Shown here: positions 9,894-19,520 of the stretch, piece by piece
Position numbering within the stretch: the first letter of the stretch is position 1
How the letters are laid out: the number at the start of each line of letters is the position of its first letter
Assembly: GCA_022708105.1 (NCBI GenBank)
Contig: JAKIZI010000001.1
Coordinates: forward strand, 16,942-80,941
DNA: 64,000 nucleotides
From: Bacteroidota bacterium
GTDB lineage: Bacteria > Bacteroidota > Bacteroidia > Bacteroidales > WCHB1-69
Direction: 5' to 3'
Made by a program: the position numbers and the translations under genes
The notes under the pieces: model-generated
What the model was told of the DNA's origin: nothing
The model's database searches: none
What the model saw: the letters and a program-made list of their open reading frames with translations, nothing else

Positions 9894-11693
9894 ATGAAAA
9901 AAAATATTTTTATCATAATTGCCATGACTGCATTCATCGCAACTTCATGTAAATTAGGCTCTTTAACCTATTATGATGACATATACACTACTTCCTCTGA
10001 CCAACAATATCAAAAAGTAAGTAAAGAAACTCAAGCTGTAACTTATTCTGAAGAGGCACCCCAATATCAATCGTATGAAAGTAATAATGGTTATTACGAT
10101 TATGAAGCAGATGCCAATAACAATTACAATAATAATGTTAATTATTCAGACTCCATTACTTATTACGAAGAAAGCGCAGGAAATACATATATCGTAAATA
10201 ATTATAATTATTATGATGAAGATGATTATTACGATTATTACTACACTTCTCGCATACGCCGTTTCCACAATGATTCATACACCAATTGGGGTTATTACGA
10301 TCCTTACTATACCAATTTGTATTGGTATGACTATTCACCTTCCAGTTGGGGAATGAGTATTTATTTAGGATATGATTGGTGGTGGCCGAACTCATATTAC
10401 CGTCCACATTATTATGGGTACGGATATTACTCATATGGTTTTAATTACGGATGGGGATGGGGATGTCATCGTCCTTACTGGGGAGGATATTGGAACGGAT
10501 ACAATAACGGTTATTATGATGGCTACTACGCAGGTTATTATGCTGGTTATTATCACAACTATTATGACAACAACCGCTCCTATTTCTACGGACACCGTAA
10601 TCGTATTGGAAGTTCGAATGGAATTGCAGCAAACAACAATTCAAGAGGCGAAAGACCTGAGGATTATGGAAGAGGAAGTAATGGGCCTGCTTCGGGTTCC
10701 ACCTCACATTCGTTAACTCCTGTAAGTTTCAATGAAAGATATGATCAAATTATAGCCAATGGAGCAACTTCTCATATTTCCGGAAATGGAACTTCAACTA
10801 TTGCAAATCAAAAAGCCACAAATCCTTCTACTCCTAAAACAGGAACTGCAACTGCAGTGAAAGAGATTGTTCCTCCTACCAATAACGCTCCTACAGGTGA
10901 AAAAACTAAAGTCGAAAATCCCATGCCCGGGAAGACTCCAGGAGTTAATTCAGGAACTAACAACGATGCTCGGGTAAATAAAACACCTCCGTCTAATACT
11001 ACACCATCTTCACCGACTGCCGGAACAAAACCGAATACTAATAACAATACTGCTCCAAACAAACAAACTCCTCCCACGAATGTAAACACAAATAGTAATC
11101 AAAATAGTCCTGTCAACAAAACGACACCAACACCTAATTACAACACACCACAGAGACAAGCTCCTTCTGCACCAAGGACAAATCCCACACCAAACAATCC
11201 TAACTATAATCGTCAAAGTACACCTCCTTCACGCAATACGGATTACAATCGGAGTAATACTGCCCCTTCTAACAGCAATCGTAATTATGATGGTTATCGT
11301 CCTTCAAATGCAAGACCAACCTATAATAGAGACAATAGCGGTTCTTCATATACCGCACCTTCTAATTCTTCCGGAAATTCGAGATACTCAGCACCCGCCA
11401 ACTCCAATTCTTCTTCACGTCCCTCTTATTCAACACCTCAAAATACCAATAGCAACTCTTCATACTCAAGACCTTCCAACTCTTCATCTAATCGCTCTTC
11501 ATACTCAAGTCCTTCCAACTCTTCATCCAATCGCTCTTCATACTCAAAACCTTCCAACTCTTCATCCAATCGTTCTTCGTATTCCGGATCAAGTAGTTCG
11601 TCAAGCAGATCTTCTTATTCTTCGCCAAGTTCTAGTCGCAGTTCCTCATCTTCATCTTCCGGTAGCAGCAGTTCCTCAAGAAGAGGCAGATAA
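9894..11693 (+). CDS. low-complexity lipoprotein (Tyr/Asn/Gly/Trp-rich, then Pro/Thr/Asn-rich, then Ser-rich repeat tail)
   Basis: Signal peptide plus lipobox (MKKNIFIIIAMTAFIATSC). The 599-codon ORF has strongly biased composition, and 13-aa repeats SYS.PSNSSSNRS are encoded by 39-bp DNA repeats. Alternative-frame ORFs here are compositional shadows. Confidence 0.65.
   Translation: MKKNIFIIIAMTAFIATSCKLGSLTYYDDIYTTSSDQQYQKVSKETQAVTYSEEAPQYQSYESNNGYYDYEADANNNYNNNVNYSDSITYYEESAGNTYIVNNYNYYDEDDYYDYYYTSRIRRFHNDSYTNWGYYDPYYTNLYWYDYSPSSWGMSIYLGYDWWWPNSYYRPHYYGYGYYSYGFNYGWGWGCHRPYWGGYWNGYNNGYYDGYYAGYYAGYYHNYYDNNRSYFYGHRNRIGSSNGIAANNNSRGERPEDYGRGSNGPASGSTSHSLTPVSFNERYDQIIANGATSHISGNGTSTIANQKATNPSTPKTGTATAVKEIVPPTNNAPTGEKTKVENPMPGKTPGVNSGTNNDARVNKTPPSNTTPSSPTAGTKPNTNNNTAPNKQTPPTNVNTNSNQNSPVNKTTPTPNYNTPQRQAPSAPRTNPTPNNPNYNRQSTPPSRNTDYNRSNTAPSNSNRNYDGYRPSNARPTYNRDNSGSSYTAPSNSSGNSRYSAPANSNSSSRPSYSTPQNTNSNSSYSRPSNSSSNRSSYSSPSNSSSNRSSYSKPSNSSSNRSSYSGSSSSSSRSSYSSPSSSRSSSSSSSGSSSSSRRGR
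11456..11572 (+). repeat. 3 x 39-bp near-perfect in-frame tandem repeat (13-aa unit SYS[RSK]PSNSSSNRS)
   Basis: Units at 11456-11494, 11495-11533 and 11534-11572 read ctcttcatactcaagNccttccaactcttcatcNaatcg. They differ at two or three positions, with degenerate copies on both flanks. Confidence 0.9.
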
Positions 11694-11743
11694 TTTACCA
11701 CATATAATTAATCATTAAAAAATCACACTATTAATTTATAATT

Positions 11744-13192
11744 ATGAAAAAGGGAATTTTTTTAATCAGCTTTATTTTATGCATTTTTTTTCTTAACACA
11801 AAAGGTCAAAATGACATAGATGCATTTAGATTTTCTCAAACAGATTGGAGTGGGACTGCAAGATTTATTGGAGCGGGGGGTGCTTTTGGTGCTGTAGGTG
11901 CTGAATTTTCAGCCTTAGCTACGAATCCGGCTTCGATTGGTGTGTTCAAAAAAAGTGAAGTTACTTTTACTCCATTGGTAGTTACCATTATGAATTCATC
12001 TTCATCGTATAACAAAAATTTATCCAAATATCTTTCCAATAATTATCATTTATCCAATGCAGGTGTTGTCTTGGCTTTTTCAACAAAGGAAACTTCCAAT
12101 TGGAAAGGAGTTCAATTTGGATTCGGGTATAATAGAATTGCTGATTTTAATAATGAACTCCGCATTGAAGGTACAAGTGCAAATAGTTCGATTATGGATG
12201 AATTTGTGAATGCAGCCAATCAATCAAGCAGAGATTTGTCTGAATCGGGACCTTTTGATACATACTTGGCTTGGAATACATGGCTACTGGATTATGATTC
12301 AACTCAAGGGGCATACTATAGTCCATTGGAAAAACAATCCTTAAAACAATCAAAATATATTCACACTAGCGGATCTATTGACGAGATGAATTTTTCATTA
12401 GGAGGAAATTACGGGGACAAATTATACCTTGGAGGAACTATTGGTGTTCCATTCATCAATTATATTGAAAAATCCACCTATGAAGAAGTAGATGAAACAG
12501 ATTCCATCGGAGGATTTGAAAATTTTGAGATGGAAGATTATTTATATACTCGAGGAACCGGAATTAATTTTAAAATAGGTCTTCTTTATCAACCTGTTGA
12601 TTTTATGCGTTTTGGGTTTGCCTTTCATACACCTACATTTTTCAATAGTTTAAAAGATACATACAGAAGAGATCTTATTGCCAATTATAGTGATAGAACT
12701 TACTCGGATGAATCTCCGGAGCAATATTACAGATACAAATTAACCACTCCTTTACGCATTATGGGTAATCTTGCTTTTTTTATAAAGAAAAGGGCATTTA
12801 TCAGTGCGGAATATGAATTTGCAAACTACGGAATGAGTTCATTATTTGCTAATGATTATTCCTTTTCGGATGAGAATCAAGACATTCGGAATAAATACGG
12901 AGCGCAACATTCTGTGAGAGTTGGCGGCGAAGTTGCCCTGAATGAAAATTTCTTAATAAGATTAGGATATAACTATAAAAGCAGTCCATATAAAGAAAAC
13001 ATCAATGATGGATCTTCTCATACTGCATCAGGAGGTATAGGATTCCGTAGCAAAAGTTTTTTCTTAGACCTTGCATATGCTTTAAAATTATCCAAAGAAA
13101 AATATTGGTTATATAATCCTATATATGTCAATGCAGCTGAAACTGAATATGCATATCACAAAATTGCTTTAACCGCAGGATTTAAATTCTAA
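11744..13192 (+). CDS. FadL/OmpP1-like outer-membrane beta-barrel protein
   Basis: Signal peptide. N-terminal stretch SGTARFIGAGGAFGAVGAEFSALATNPASIGVF resembles the FadL/TodX family hatch region. Alternating beta-strand pattern and a C-terminal aromatic residue (TAGFKF). Confidence 0.5.
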   Translation: MKKGIFLISFILCIFFLNTKGQNDIDAFRFSQTDWSGTARFIGAGGAFGAVGAEFSALATNPASIGVFKKSEVTFTPLVVTIMNSSSSYNKNLSKYLSNNYHLSNAGVVLAFSTKETSNWKGVQFGFGYNRIADFNNELRIEGTSANSSIMDEFVNAANQSSRDLSESGPFDTYLAWNTWLLDYDSTQGAYYSPLEKQSLKQSKYIHTSGSIDEMNFSLGGNYGDKLYLGGTIGVPFINYIEKSTYEEVDETDSIGGFENFEMEDYLYTRGTGINFKIGLLYQPVDFMRFGFAFHTPTFFNSLKDTYRRDLIANYSDRTYSDESPEQYYRYKLTTPLRIMGNLAFFIKKRAFISAEYEFANYGMSSLFANDYSFSDENQDIRNKYGAQHSVRVGGEVALNENFLIRLGYNYKSSPYKENINDGSSHTASGGIGFRSKSFFLDLAYALKLSKEKYWLYNPIYVNAAETEYAYHKIALTAGFKF

Positions 13193-13195
13193 AAA

Positions 13196-14239
13196 TTAAT
13201 CAGTGGTAGAGAAAGGGGAAAACTCTTGTGCTGTTAATGGAATTTGCTTTTCATCATTGGTAATCAAATTACAGCCGGAGTTTTTGTCTTTTATATAACC
13301 AATAACACTAATTTCCTTAATGCCACTTATTTTTTCGTAATCCGATTGCGATATTGTAAACAGAATTTCATTATCATCCCCACCATTAAGAGCAATTGTT
13401 GTTGGAACAATATTTAGCTCTTTTAATGTTTGAAAAGTTAAAATATCAATAGGAAGTTTTTCTTCAAAAATTCGGCAACCTACTTGAGAAGCTCGGCATA
13501 TATGAATTGCAGCAGCAGCCAATCCGTGAGTAACATGAGTCATTGCAGAGGGCTGAATATCAGATTCTTTAAGACTTTTAATAATATTGAATCTTGGTTC
13601 CGGTTTAAGTTGTCTCTCCAACAAGTAATCATATCCTGCAAAATCAGGTTGCGATTGAGGATTCACTTGAAAAACTTTCTTCTCTCTTTCCAAAAGGAGC
13701 AACCCCGCATAAGCAGCAGCCAGATCTCCTGAAACACAAATAAGGTCGTTTTCTTTAGCTCCGTCTCTCAAGACTTTCTTCGATGCCTCAACTTCTCCGT
13801 ATGCAGTAACTGAAGCCACAAGGCCTTGACATGAAGGCTCAACATCCAACTGAATCAAATCAAGTTTATATTGTTGACAACAATACTTCACCCCAAACAT
13901 AATTTCTTCAACAGCAGCCAATGAAAAACGATTTGAAACCCCAAGATGAATCATTAAATGGGTTGGGATACCATTCATCGCCAAAATATCGGATATCGTA
14001 ATTGAAACAATTTTATAGCCCAAATGCTTGAGCGGGAAATATGTTAAATCGAAATGTATCGCATCAAGAAACAATTTTGTAGAAATCAGCGTGTGACGTT
14101 TATCTTGTAAAATTGTTGCTGCATCATCTTCTTCTTTATCGGTAGATTTATGATACTTTTTAAATTCTTTTCTGATACTTTGCAGCCAATCAAATTTTCC
14201 TTGAGAAGACAACATCTCCCCTACTTTTGTTTCATCCAT
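13196..14239 (-). CDS. thiL: thiamine-monophosphate kinase (AIR synthase-related fold)
   Basis: EDDAAT (GDDAA-like) motif, DAIHFDL, GYKIVSITISDILAMNG and a C-terminal AIRS_C-like half. Confidence 0.7.
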   Translation of the reverse strand: MDETKVGEMLSSQGKFDWLQSIRKEFKKYHKSTDKEEDDAATILQDKRHTLISTKLFLDAIHFDLTYFPLKHLGYKIVSITISDILAMNGIPTHLMIHLGVSNRFSLAAVEEIMFGVKYCCQQYKLDLIQLDVEPSCQGLVASVTAYGEVEASKKVLRDGAKENDLICVSGDLAAAYAGLLLLEREKKVFQVNPQSQPDFAGYDYLLERQLKPEPRFNIIKSLKESDIQPSAMTHVTHGLAAAAIHICRASQVGCRIFEEKLPIDILTFQTLKELNIVPTTIALNGGDDNEILFTISQSDYEKISGIKEISVIGYIKDKNSGCNLITNDEKQIPLTAQEFSPFSTTD

Positions 14240-14269
14240 ACACGATATATTTACAAATTTATAATTACT

Positions 14270-15241
14270 CTATTGGTCAGGGTGAGTTGCCATTTCAACA
14301 ACACTTTTCACTACTTCGAAATGAGATGAAATTGAAGTATGTTCCAGAACACTTCTAATTACTTCTGCAAAAATGTAGGAAACGGAAATCACTTCAAATT
14401 TGGAAGATTGTCTTTTCAGTGGTATAGAATCTGTTACAATAATTTTATCGAGCACTGAATTTTCAAGTTTATCCATTGCATTATCCGACAATACTGCGTG
14501 GGTACACATCGCCATAACACTTTTTGCCCCCAGTTCTTTAATTCTTTGAGCCGCTCTGCAAATAGTCCCTCCGGTATCAATAATATCATCAATGAGAATA
14601 ACATCTTTATTAACGACATCACCAATAATTTGAAGACTTTCCACTTCATTCGCTTTTACTCTTTGTTTATAACCTATAGCAAAGTCACATTCAAGCCATT
14701 TAGAATACGAAACCGCTCTTTTAGTACCGCCGGTATCCGGAGACACCATACATAATTCTTTGAATCCTTGATTCATGATATGGGGAAGAAAAACAGTAGA
14801 AGCATATAAATGATCTACCGGGAATTCAAAAAATCCCTGAATTTGATCTGCATGTAAATCCATGGTAATCAATCTATCAACTCCCGCAGCCGTCAAAAGA
14901 TTAGCCATTAGTTTTGCACCAATAGATGTTCTGGATTTATCCTTTCGATCTTGACGGGCATAACCAAAATAAGGAATAACTGCAATAATCTTATCTGCAG
15001 AAGCTCTTTTAGCTGCATCAACAAGCATGAGTAATTCCATTATATTTTCCGCAGGAGCAAAAGTAGATTGAATAATAAAAACATGTTTTCCTCGGATTGT
15101 TTCATCATAATTGGCTTGTATCTCTCCGTCTTTAAATTGTTCAATTACAGTTTTTAAAATCGGGACACCAAGATAATTAGAAATCTTTATTGCCAATTCG
15201 ATGCTGGCCCTACCCGCAACAATCGCAAATTCTTCTTTCAT
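14270..15241 (-). CDS. prs: ribose-phosphate diphosphokinase
   Basis: PRPP synthetase motifs: GYARQDRK, DLHADQIQGFF, and the PRPP-binding loop VILIDDIIDTGGT. Confidence 0.9.
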   Translation of the reverse strand: MKEEFAIVAGRASIELAIKISNYLGVPILKTVIEQFKDGEIQANYDETIRGKHVFIIQSTFAPAENIMELLMLVDAAKRASADKIIAVIPYFGYARQDRKDKSRTSIGAKLMANLLTAAGVDRLITMDLHADQIQGFFEFPVDHLYASTVFLPHIMNQGFKELCMVSPDTGGTKRAVSYSKWLECDFAIGYKQRVKANEVESLQIIGDVVNKDVILIDDIIDTGGTICRAAQRIKELGAKSVMAMCTHAVLSDNAMDKLENSVLDKIIVTDSIPLKRQSSKFEVISVSYIFAEVIRSVLEHTSISSHFEVVKSVVEMATHPDQ

Positions 15242-15350
15242 AAATAAATGATTATTAATATTTTATTTAAACTAATATTGATTTTGCAAAGGTAGTTTTT
15301 TTTTTTCAATCCTGCTCATAAAAAATTGATTTCTTAATCCGTTTTTTTAC

Positions 15351-15358
15351 TAACTTTG
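15351..15358 (+). promoter_or_regulatory. Bacteroidota -7 promoter box (TAnnTTTG)
   Basis: TAACTTTG lies 66 nt upstream of the ATG at 15425. Confidence 0.4.
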
Positions 15359-15424
15359 CAGTCTTTTTCAACTTAATCATACACATTTTTGATTTATTAT
15401 ATAAATTCATTAAAAAAAAATACC

Positions 15425-16285
15425 ATGAAAATTAAAGATTCTGAACTTCCGCTTCAACCATCCGGAGCAGTATATCATCTAAATCTATTCCCCGATGAGA
15501 TCGCAGATAACATTATTGTAGTGGGAGACCCGAATCGGGTTGCCAAAGTTTCTTCTCATTTTGACCATATTGACGTAAAACGAGAAAATCGTGAAATTTT
15601 TACCCATACGGGCAGTTACAAAGGAAAGAACATCTCAGTTTTGTCAACAGGCATGGGAACTGACAATATTGACATTGTCCTCAATGAATTAGATGCTTTA
15701 GCAAATATAGACCTTAAAACCAGAGAGATTAAAGCGACCGGTCGCAGTTTCAATATTGTTCGCATTGGCACTTGCGGTGCGTTGCAGCCTGATATTCCGG
15801 TTAATTCATTTATTGCTTCCGAAGCAGGTTTTGGTTTTGATGGTTTGTTACATTTTTATGATTATAAAAATATTTCAGATGAAGCATTGGTTGAATCCTT
15901 TGTTGCTCAAACCGGTTGGAATGAAAGATTACCTTATCCTTATTGTGTTGATGGAGATTCCGGGCTGATGAAAAAAATCGGTTATGATATGATTCACGGC
16001 ATCACAGCAAGCGCCGGCGGCTTTTACGGTCCGCAAGGGAGAGAACTTCGCGGAAAATTAAAATATCCTGAACTCAATGGGAAAATTGAACAATTTAATT
16101 ACCAAGGGAAGAGAATTACGAACCTTGAAATGGAGACCTCAGCCTTATACGGATTAAGTAGAATGTTCGGACATAAAGCACTTACTGTTTGTGTTGCTAT
16201 TGCCAATAGAGTTACTAAAGATTTCTCAAAAGATTACAAACCCTACGTTGAAAAATTAATTCAAACCGTTCTCGATAGAATATAA
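15425..16285 (+). CDS. nucleoside phosphorylase (PNP/UDP_1 family)
   Basis: VVGDPNRV, STGMGTDNIDIVLNEL, RIGTCGAL, NLEMETSALYG. The track start at 15389 is upstream of the -7 box, so the ATG at 15425 is preferred. Confidence 0.7.
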   Translation: MKIKDSELPLQPSGAVYHLNLFPDEIADNIIVVGDPNRVAKVSSHFDHIDVKRENREIFTHTGSYKGKNISVLSTGMGTDNIDIVLNELDALANIDLKTREIKATGRSFNIVRIGTCGALQPDIPVNSFIASEAGFGFDGLLHFYDYKNISDEALVESFVAQTGWNERLPYPYCVDGDSGLMKKIGYDMIHGITASAGGFYGPQGRELRGKLKYPELNGKIEQFNYQGKRITNLEMETSALYGLSRMFGHKALTVCVAIANRVTKDFSKDYKPYVEKLIQTVLDRI

Positions 16286-16289
16286 TATC

Positions 16290-16814
16290 ATGAAAAAAAA
16301 ATTTTGTTTCGTATTATTGATTTCTATATCCTTATTCTGTTTTGTAAGTTGTCATCAAAAAGAAAAACAAACACCAGAAGTTCTGGTCTCCTTTAATCCG
16401 GAAGACACAGCTTCGGTTGATGCTTTATTTGACTTTTACATCTCAAACGACATCATTCTTCCAGAAATGTTAAGAGACTCTGCCGCAATAAATACAGATT
16501 TTTTGCACACTTACGATTGTCTTATAGAAGGTTGCGAAATTACACATGATTATCTTCAAGATTCTTTGTCAGGCTATTTTTTCATGGAATTAAATTGCTT
16601 GTCCGGCACTTGTGGAAATAACATCTATATTATCCTCAAAGATAGCCTTCAATTCAATATTTTATATAATGAATGCGGCGTAATCGACCCTGATTTAGGA
16701 CCTGATACCACAATCAACAACTTCAAGATAATCTATTATACCAAAGAGGGTGAAAATTACAGATTATTCTATGATGGCAAGAACTTTACTTCCCAATTAA
16801 TGGAAGTAAGTTGA
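16290..16814 (+). CDS. hypothetical lipoprotein
   Basis: Signal peptide with lipobox-like FVSC. No recognisable domain. Starts 4 nt after the upstream gene. Confidence 0.45.
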   Translation: MKKKFCFVLLISISLFCFVSCHQKEKQTPEVLVSFNPEDTASVDALFDFYISNDIILPEMLRDSAAINTDFLHTYDCLIEGCEITHDYLQDSLSGYFFMELNCLSGTCGNNIYIILKDSLQFNILYNECGVIDPDLGPDTTINNFKIIYYTKEGENYRLFYDGKNFTSQLMEVS

Positions 16815-16832
16815 TCCAAAACATTTTCTCCT

Positions 16833-17279
16833 CTAAATTTTATTTTTCTTATCTAAAGCATTAAAGATCAATTGGTCTATTGAATATTTTCCGGGTCCGG
16901 TAATAATCAACATTAAATAAACGGAACCATATAGTAAGGATAATTCTTTGGATGCAAAAGGATCTGCTCCGTGTACCATTAATCCTGCCACCAGCATTCC
17001 TATCAACAAAGGGATTGCTGACAAACGCGTTGCTACACCAAAGATTAAGAAAATAGAGCATAGAAATTCCGCCAATACAATCAAGAATAAAGAAGCCGTT
17101 GCTCCTATTCCGATTGGATCGGGGAACATTGCAGTGTTCCCGCCCAATAACATCATCAATTTTCCGAATCCATGAGTCAACATAAACGCTCCGACAATAA
17201 TCCGAACCATCAATAATCCGATTGATTCAAAGGAGGTATTAATCCCCGGATGAAATATTTTTTTAATTATCTCTTTCAT
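16833..17279 (-). CDS. DoxX family membrane protein
   Basis: 148-aa protein with 4 TM segments and the DoxX-like pattern (LLMVRIIVGAFMLTHGFGK...). Confidence 0.65.
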   Translation of the reverse strand: MKEIIKKIFHPGINTSFESIGLLMVRIIVGAFMLTHGFGKLMMLLGGNTAMFPDPIGIGATASLFLIVLAEFLCSIFLIFGVATRLSAIPLLIGMLVAGLMVHGADPFASKELSLLYGSVYLMLIITGPGKYSIDQLIFNALDKKNKI

Positions 17280-17443
17280 TTTATTATATTTTAAAATTCG
17301 ACATTAAAATCATCATTAATTCACATAAATTATTCATAATAAAAACATTAAAAAATAATCTATCTTAAATTAATAAGATAACACATATGAAACAAACAAT
17401 ACAAATTCATTGTTCAATGCCTCACTTCAGCCAGAAGAAAAAG

Positions 17444-18391
17444 TTACTTTTTGATCAATTTAGCCCTATAAATTGTTTGTTCGTCTTGAAGAACTTTAAC
17501 TAAATAAAAACCTGCTGAGAATTGCTCGATATTAATCGTATTGACCCCATTTTGCAGCAATTCGGATTTCAATAATTTTCCTGACATATCATACAGAAGC
17601 AGTTCTTGATTCCCTGAAACATCACTTGTTTGAACCATAAACGAATTCGCAGCGGGATTTGGTCCAAGAAGTACATTTGAATATGAGGAAGTTTGAATTG
17701 AAGAGGATTGCTGTTGGTCTATTACAGAAAAATCATCCACATAATAGGTGCCGAAGTTGGTACCTCCGGTTAAATTATCGAGACATCCTGCATAGAAATT
17801 AATAGCAGCAAGACGTTTGATTCCTTGCTCCGTACCGGCGGCAAGATTACTGAATTTCCAATTTTTAATTTGATTTCCGGCAATAGTTAACATAATAGAA
17901 TCCAAATCCAGATTAACATCCAATTGAACATCCATCCATGTATTAGGGGTAAACGTAAAAGGATTCTGAACTTCTTGCAAATAAAGAACTCCATTTCCGG
18001 CAGCATCCATATAGCATTCAAAAGCCCACTCGCTTGATGTTCCTGCCAGAGTATGCAGCATATTGAAATAAGCACCATTTCCGCTGGCTACAACATACCA
18101 CTTAAAAGATACCAAATAGTGACCTGTTGTCAGATTTCCGAAAGGATAAATAATGTCGTTGGTTCCAGTAATTTTAAGAGAATTGGGAAGAGACAAAGCA
18201 ATCTCTGTAGAGATCGTTGCATCATCACTTCCCCCCGGAGTTTCGCTCCATGTTGTCCAATTTGTAGGATTTTGCGCCGCCAACATTCCTCCGGCAGTGT
18301 AAGAATCAAAATTATCGCTAAAAACTACTGTTTGTGTCCACCCGACCATACTGGTCATCATGGCAATTAAAAAAAGATAAAATTTTTTCAT
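17444..18391 (-). CDS. secreted protein with T9SS type-A C-terminal sorting domain
   Basis: Signal peptide MKKFYLFLIAMMTSMVGWTQ from the ATG at 18391. C-terminal about 75 aa match the Por_Secre_tail pattern (GPNPAANSF...LLLYDMSGKLL...FSAGFYLVKV...AKLIKK). The track start at 18502 adds 37 implausible residues. Confidence 0.7.
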   Translation of the reverse strand: MKKFYLFLIAMMTSMVGWTQTVVFSDNFDSYTAGGMLAAQNPTNWTTWSETPGGSDDATISTEIALSLPNSLKITGTNDIIYPFGNLTTGHYLVSFKWYVVASGNGAYFNMLHTLAGTSSEWAFECYMDAAGNGVLYLQEVQNPFTFTPNTWMDVQLDVNLDLDSIMLTIAGNQIKNWKFSNLAAGTEQGIKRLAAINFYAGCLDNLTGGTNFGTYYVDDFSVIDQQQSSSIQTSSYSNVLLGPNPAANSFMVQTSDVSGNQELLLYDMSGKLLKSELLQNGVNTINIEQFSAGFYLVKVLQDEQTIYRAKLIKK

Positions 18392-18537
18392 AATCATAAT
18401 TTTTGGTGAATAATTATTGCAAGTATAATTAAAAAAAGTAATAAAACAAAAAAAAAGAAAAAAGAGATTCCTATTCAATATCATTGATTTTCTTACGTTC
18501 ACAATGTTATATAGTTGTTTTTTTGCTTAAAAAAATA

Positions 18538-18545
18538 TATTTTTG
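18538..18545 (+). promoter_or_regulatory. Bacteroidota -7 promoter box (TAnnTTTG)
   Basis: TATTTTTG lies 22 nt upstream of the ATG at 18568. Confidence 0.5.
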
Positions 18546-18567
18546 CACCAAAAAAAAGAAAAAATCG

Positions 18568-19500
18568 ATGAAATCTAAAAGACTGATTATAATAATATTA
18601 TTTATTTTCTCAGCAGGTTTAAGTTTTGGACAATCCTATTCCATTTCTACACAATTGGACAGTTCAAAATATTTAATCGGGGATTATCTTAAATTTCAAT
18701 TATTAATCACTGTTCCTAATAATGCTTCGTTTATTTTTCCGCAAGTTACAGAAACGCAATTAGGATTATTGGAATTCATTGAGAAATCTTCTATTGATAC
18801 CATTCATGAAAAAACACAGACAAAATTTAGACAAACAATCACCGTAACGATTTTTGATACAGGACAATATAAATTTCCTTCTTTACAACTTTTGTCAACG
18901 GATTCAATAATCTTAGCTCAATCAGATTCAATTTTATTCACAATCACAACTCTTCCCGTTGATACCACGTTGGCGATTAAAGATATTAAGCCGATGGCGA
19001 ATGTACCGATAACATTCAAAGAATTACTCCCCTACATCCTTATTGGTATAGGGATAATCGCGTTTATTGTACTTTTTTTATGGTTTTATACAAAATATGG
19101 CAAAAAAAGGCATTCCAGACCTACACGAGTTTCTTCAAAACCTAAAGAAAAAGCTCACATTATAGCTTTTAAAAAATTGGAAAAATTAAGATTACGCAAA
19201 TTATGGCAGGAAGGTCAAGTGAAATTATATTATTCAGAATTGACTGATATTGTGCGGAGATATTATAAAGATCGTTGGAATATTGATGCAATGGAAATGA
19301 CTTCAGCAGAAATTTTAGAACAATCCGAAAATATCGGCATCAAAGAAGACCTTTTAAATAAACTTCATTTTTTGTTTACTACAGCAGATTTAGTGAAATT
19401 TGCAAAGTCTGAACCTTTACCTAATGATCATGACACCAGTTTCAAAAACGCACACATATTTATTTCCGAAACAGCAGAAGCAGACAATAATTCTAATTAA
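18568..19500 (+). CDS. membrane protein with DUF4381-like C-terminal region (Bat/aerotolerance-cluster associated)
   Basis: Signal peptide, beta-rich ectodomain, one TM (LLPYILIGIGIIAFIVLFLWFY), and a cytoplasmic tail with the pattern LEKLRLRKLWQEGQVKLYYSELTDIVRRYYKDRWNIDAMEMTSAEIL. Lies directly upstream of a batA-like gene. ATG at 18568. Confidence 0.45.
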   Translation: MKSKRLIIIILFIFSAGLSFGQSYSISTQLDSSKYLIGDYLKFQLLITVPNNASFIFPQVTETQLGLLEFIEKSSIDTIHEKTQTKFRQTITVTIFDTGQYKFPSLQLLSTDSIILAQSDSILFTITTLPVDTTLAIKDIKPMANVPITFKELLPYILIGIGIIAFIVLFLWFYTKYGKKRHSRPTRVSSKPKEKAHIIAFKKLEKLRLRKLWQEGQVKLYYSELTDIVRRYYKDRWNIDAMEMTSAEILEQSENIGIKEDLLNKLHFLFTTADLVKFAKSEPLPNDHDTSFKNAHIFISETAEADNNSN

Positions 19501-19520
19501 GTATTCAAATAGACACAGAG

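Noticed and set aside
10156-11718. Alternative-frame and antisense ORFs within the low-complexity gene (10156..10434-, 10372..10716+, 10441..10707-, 10808..11089-, 11010..11216-, 11287..11718+)
   Set aside because: Biased, repetitive composition keeps several frames open by chance. Only the 9894..11693 frame has a signal peptide/lipobox and spans the whole region.
17361-17380. Hairpin tatctta-aattaa-taagata downstream of the T9SS cargo gene as a terminator
   Set aside because: The 7-bp stem is A/T apart from one G-C pair, in very AT-rich spacer. It is too weak to call without transcript data.
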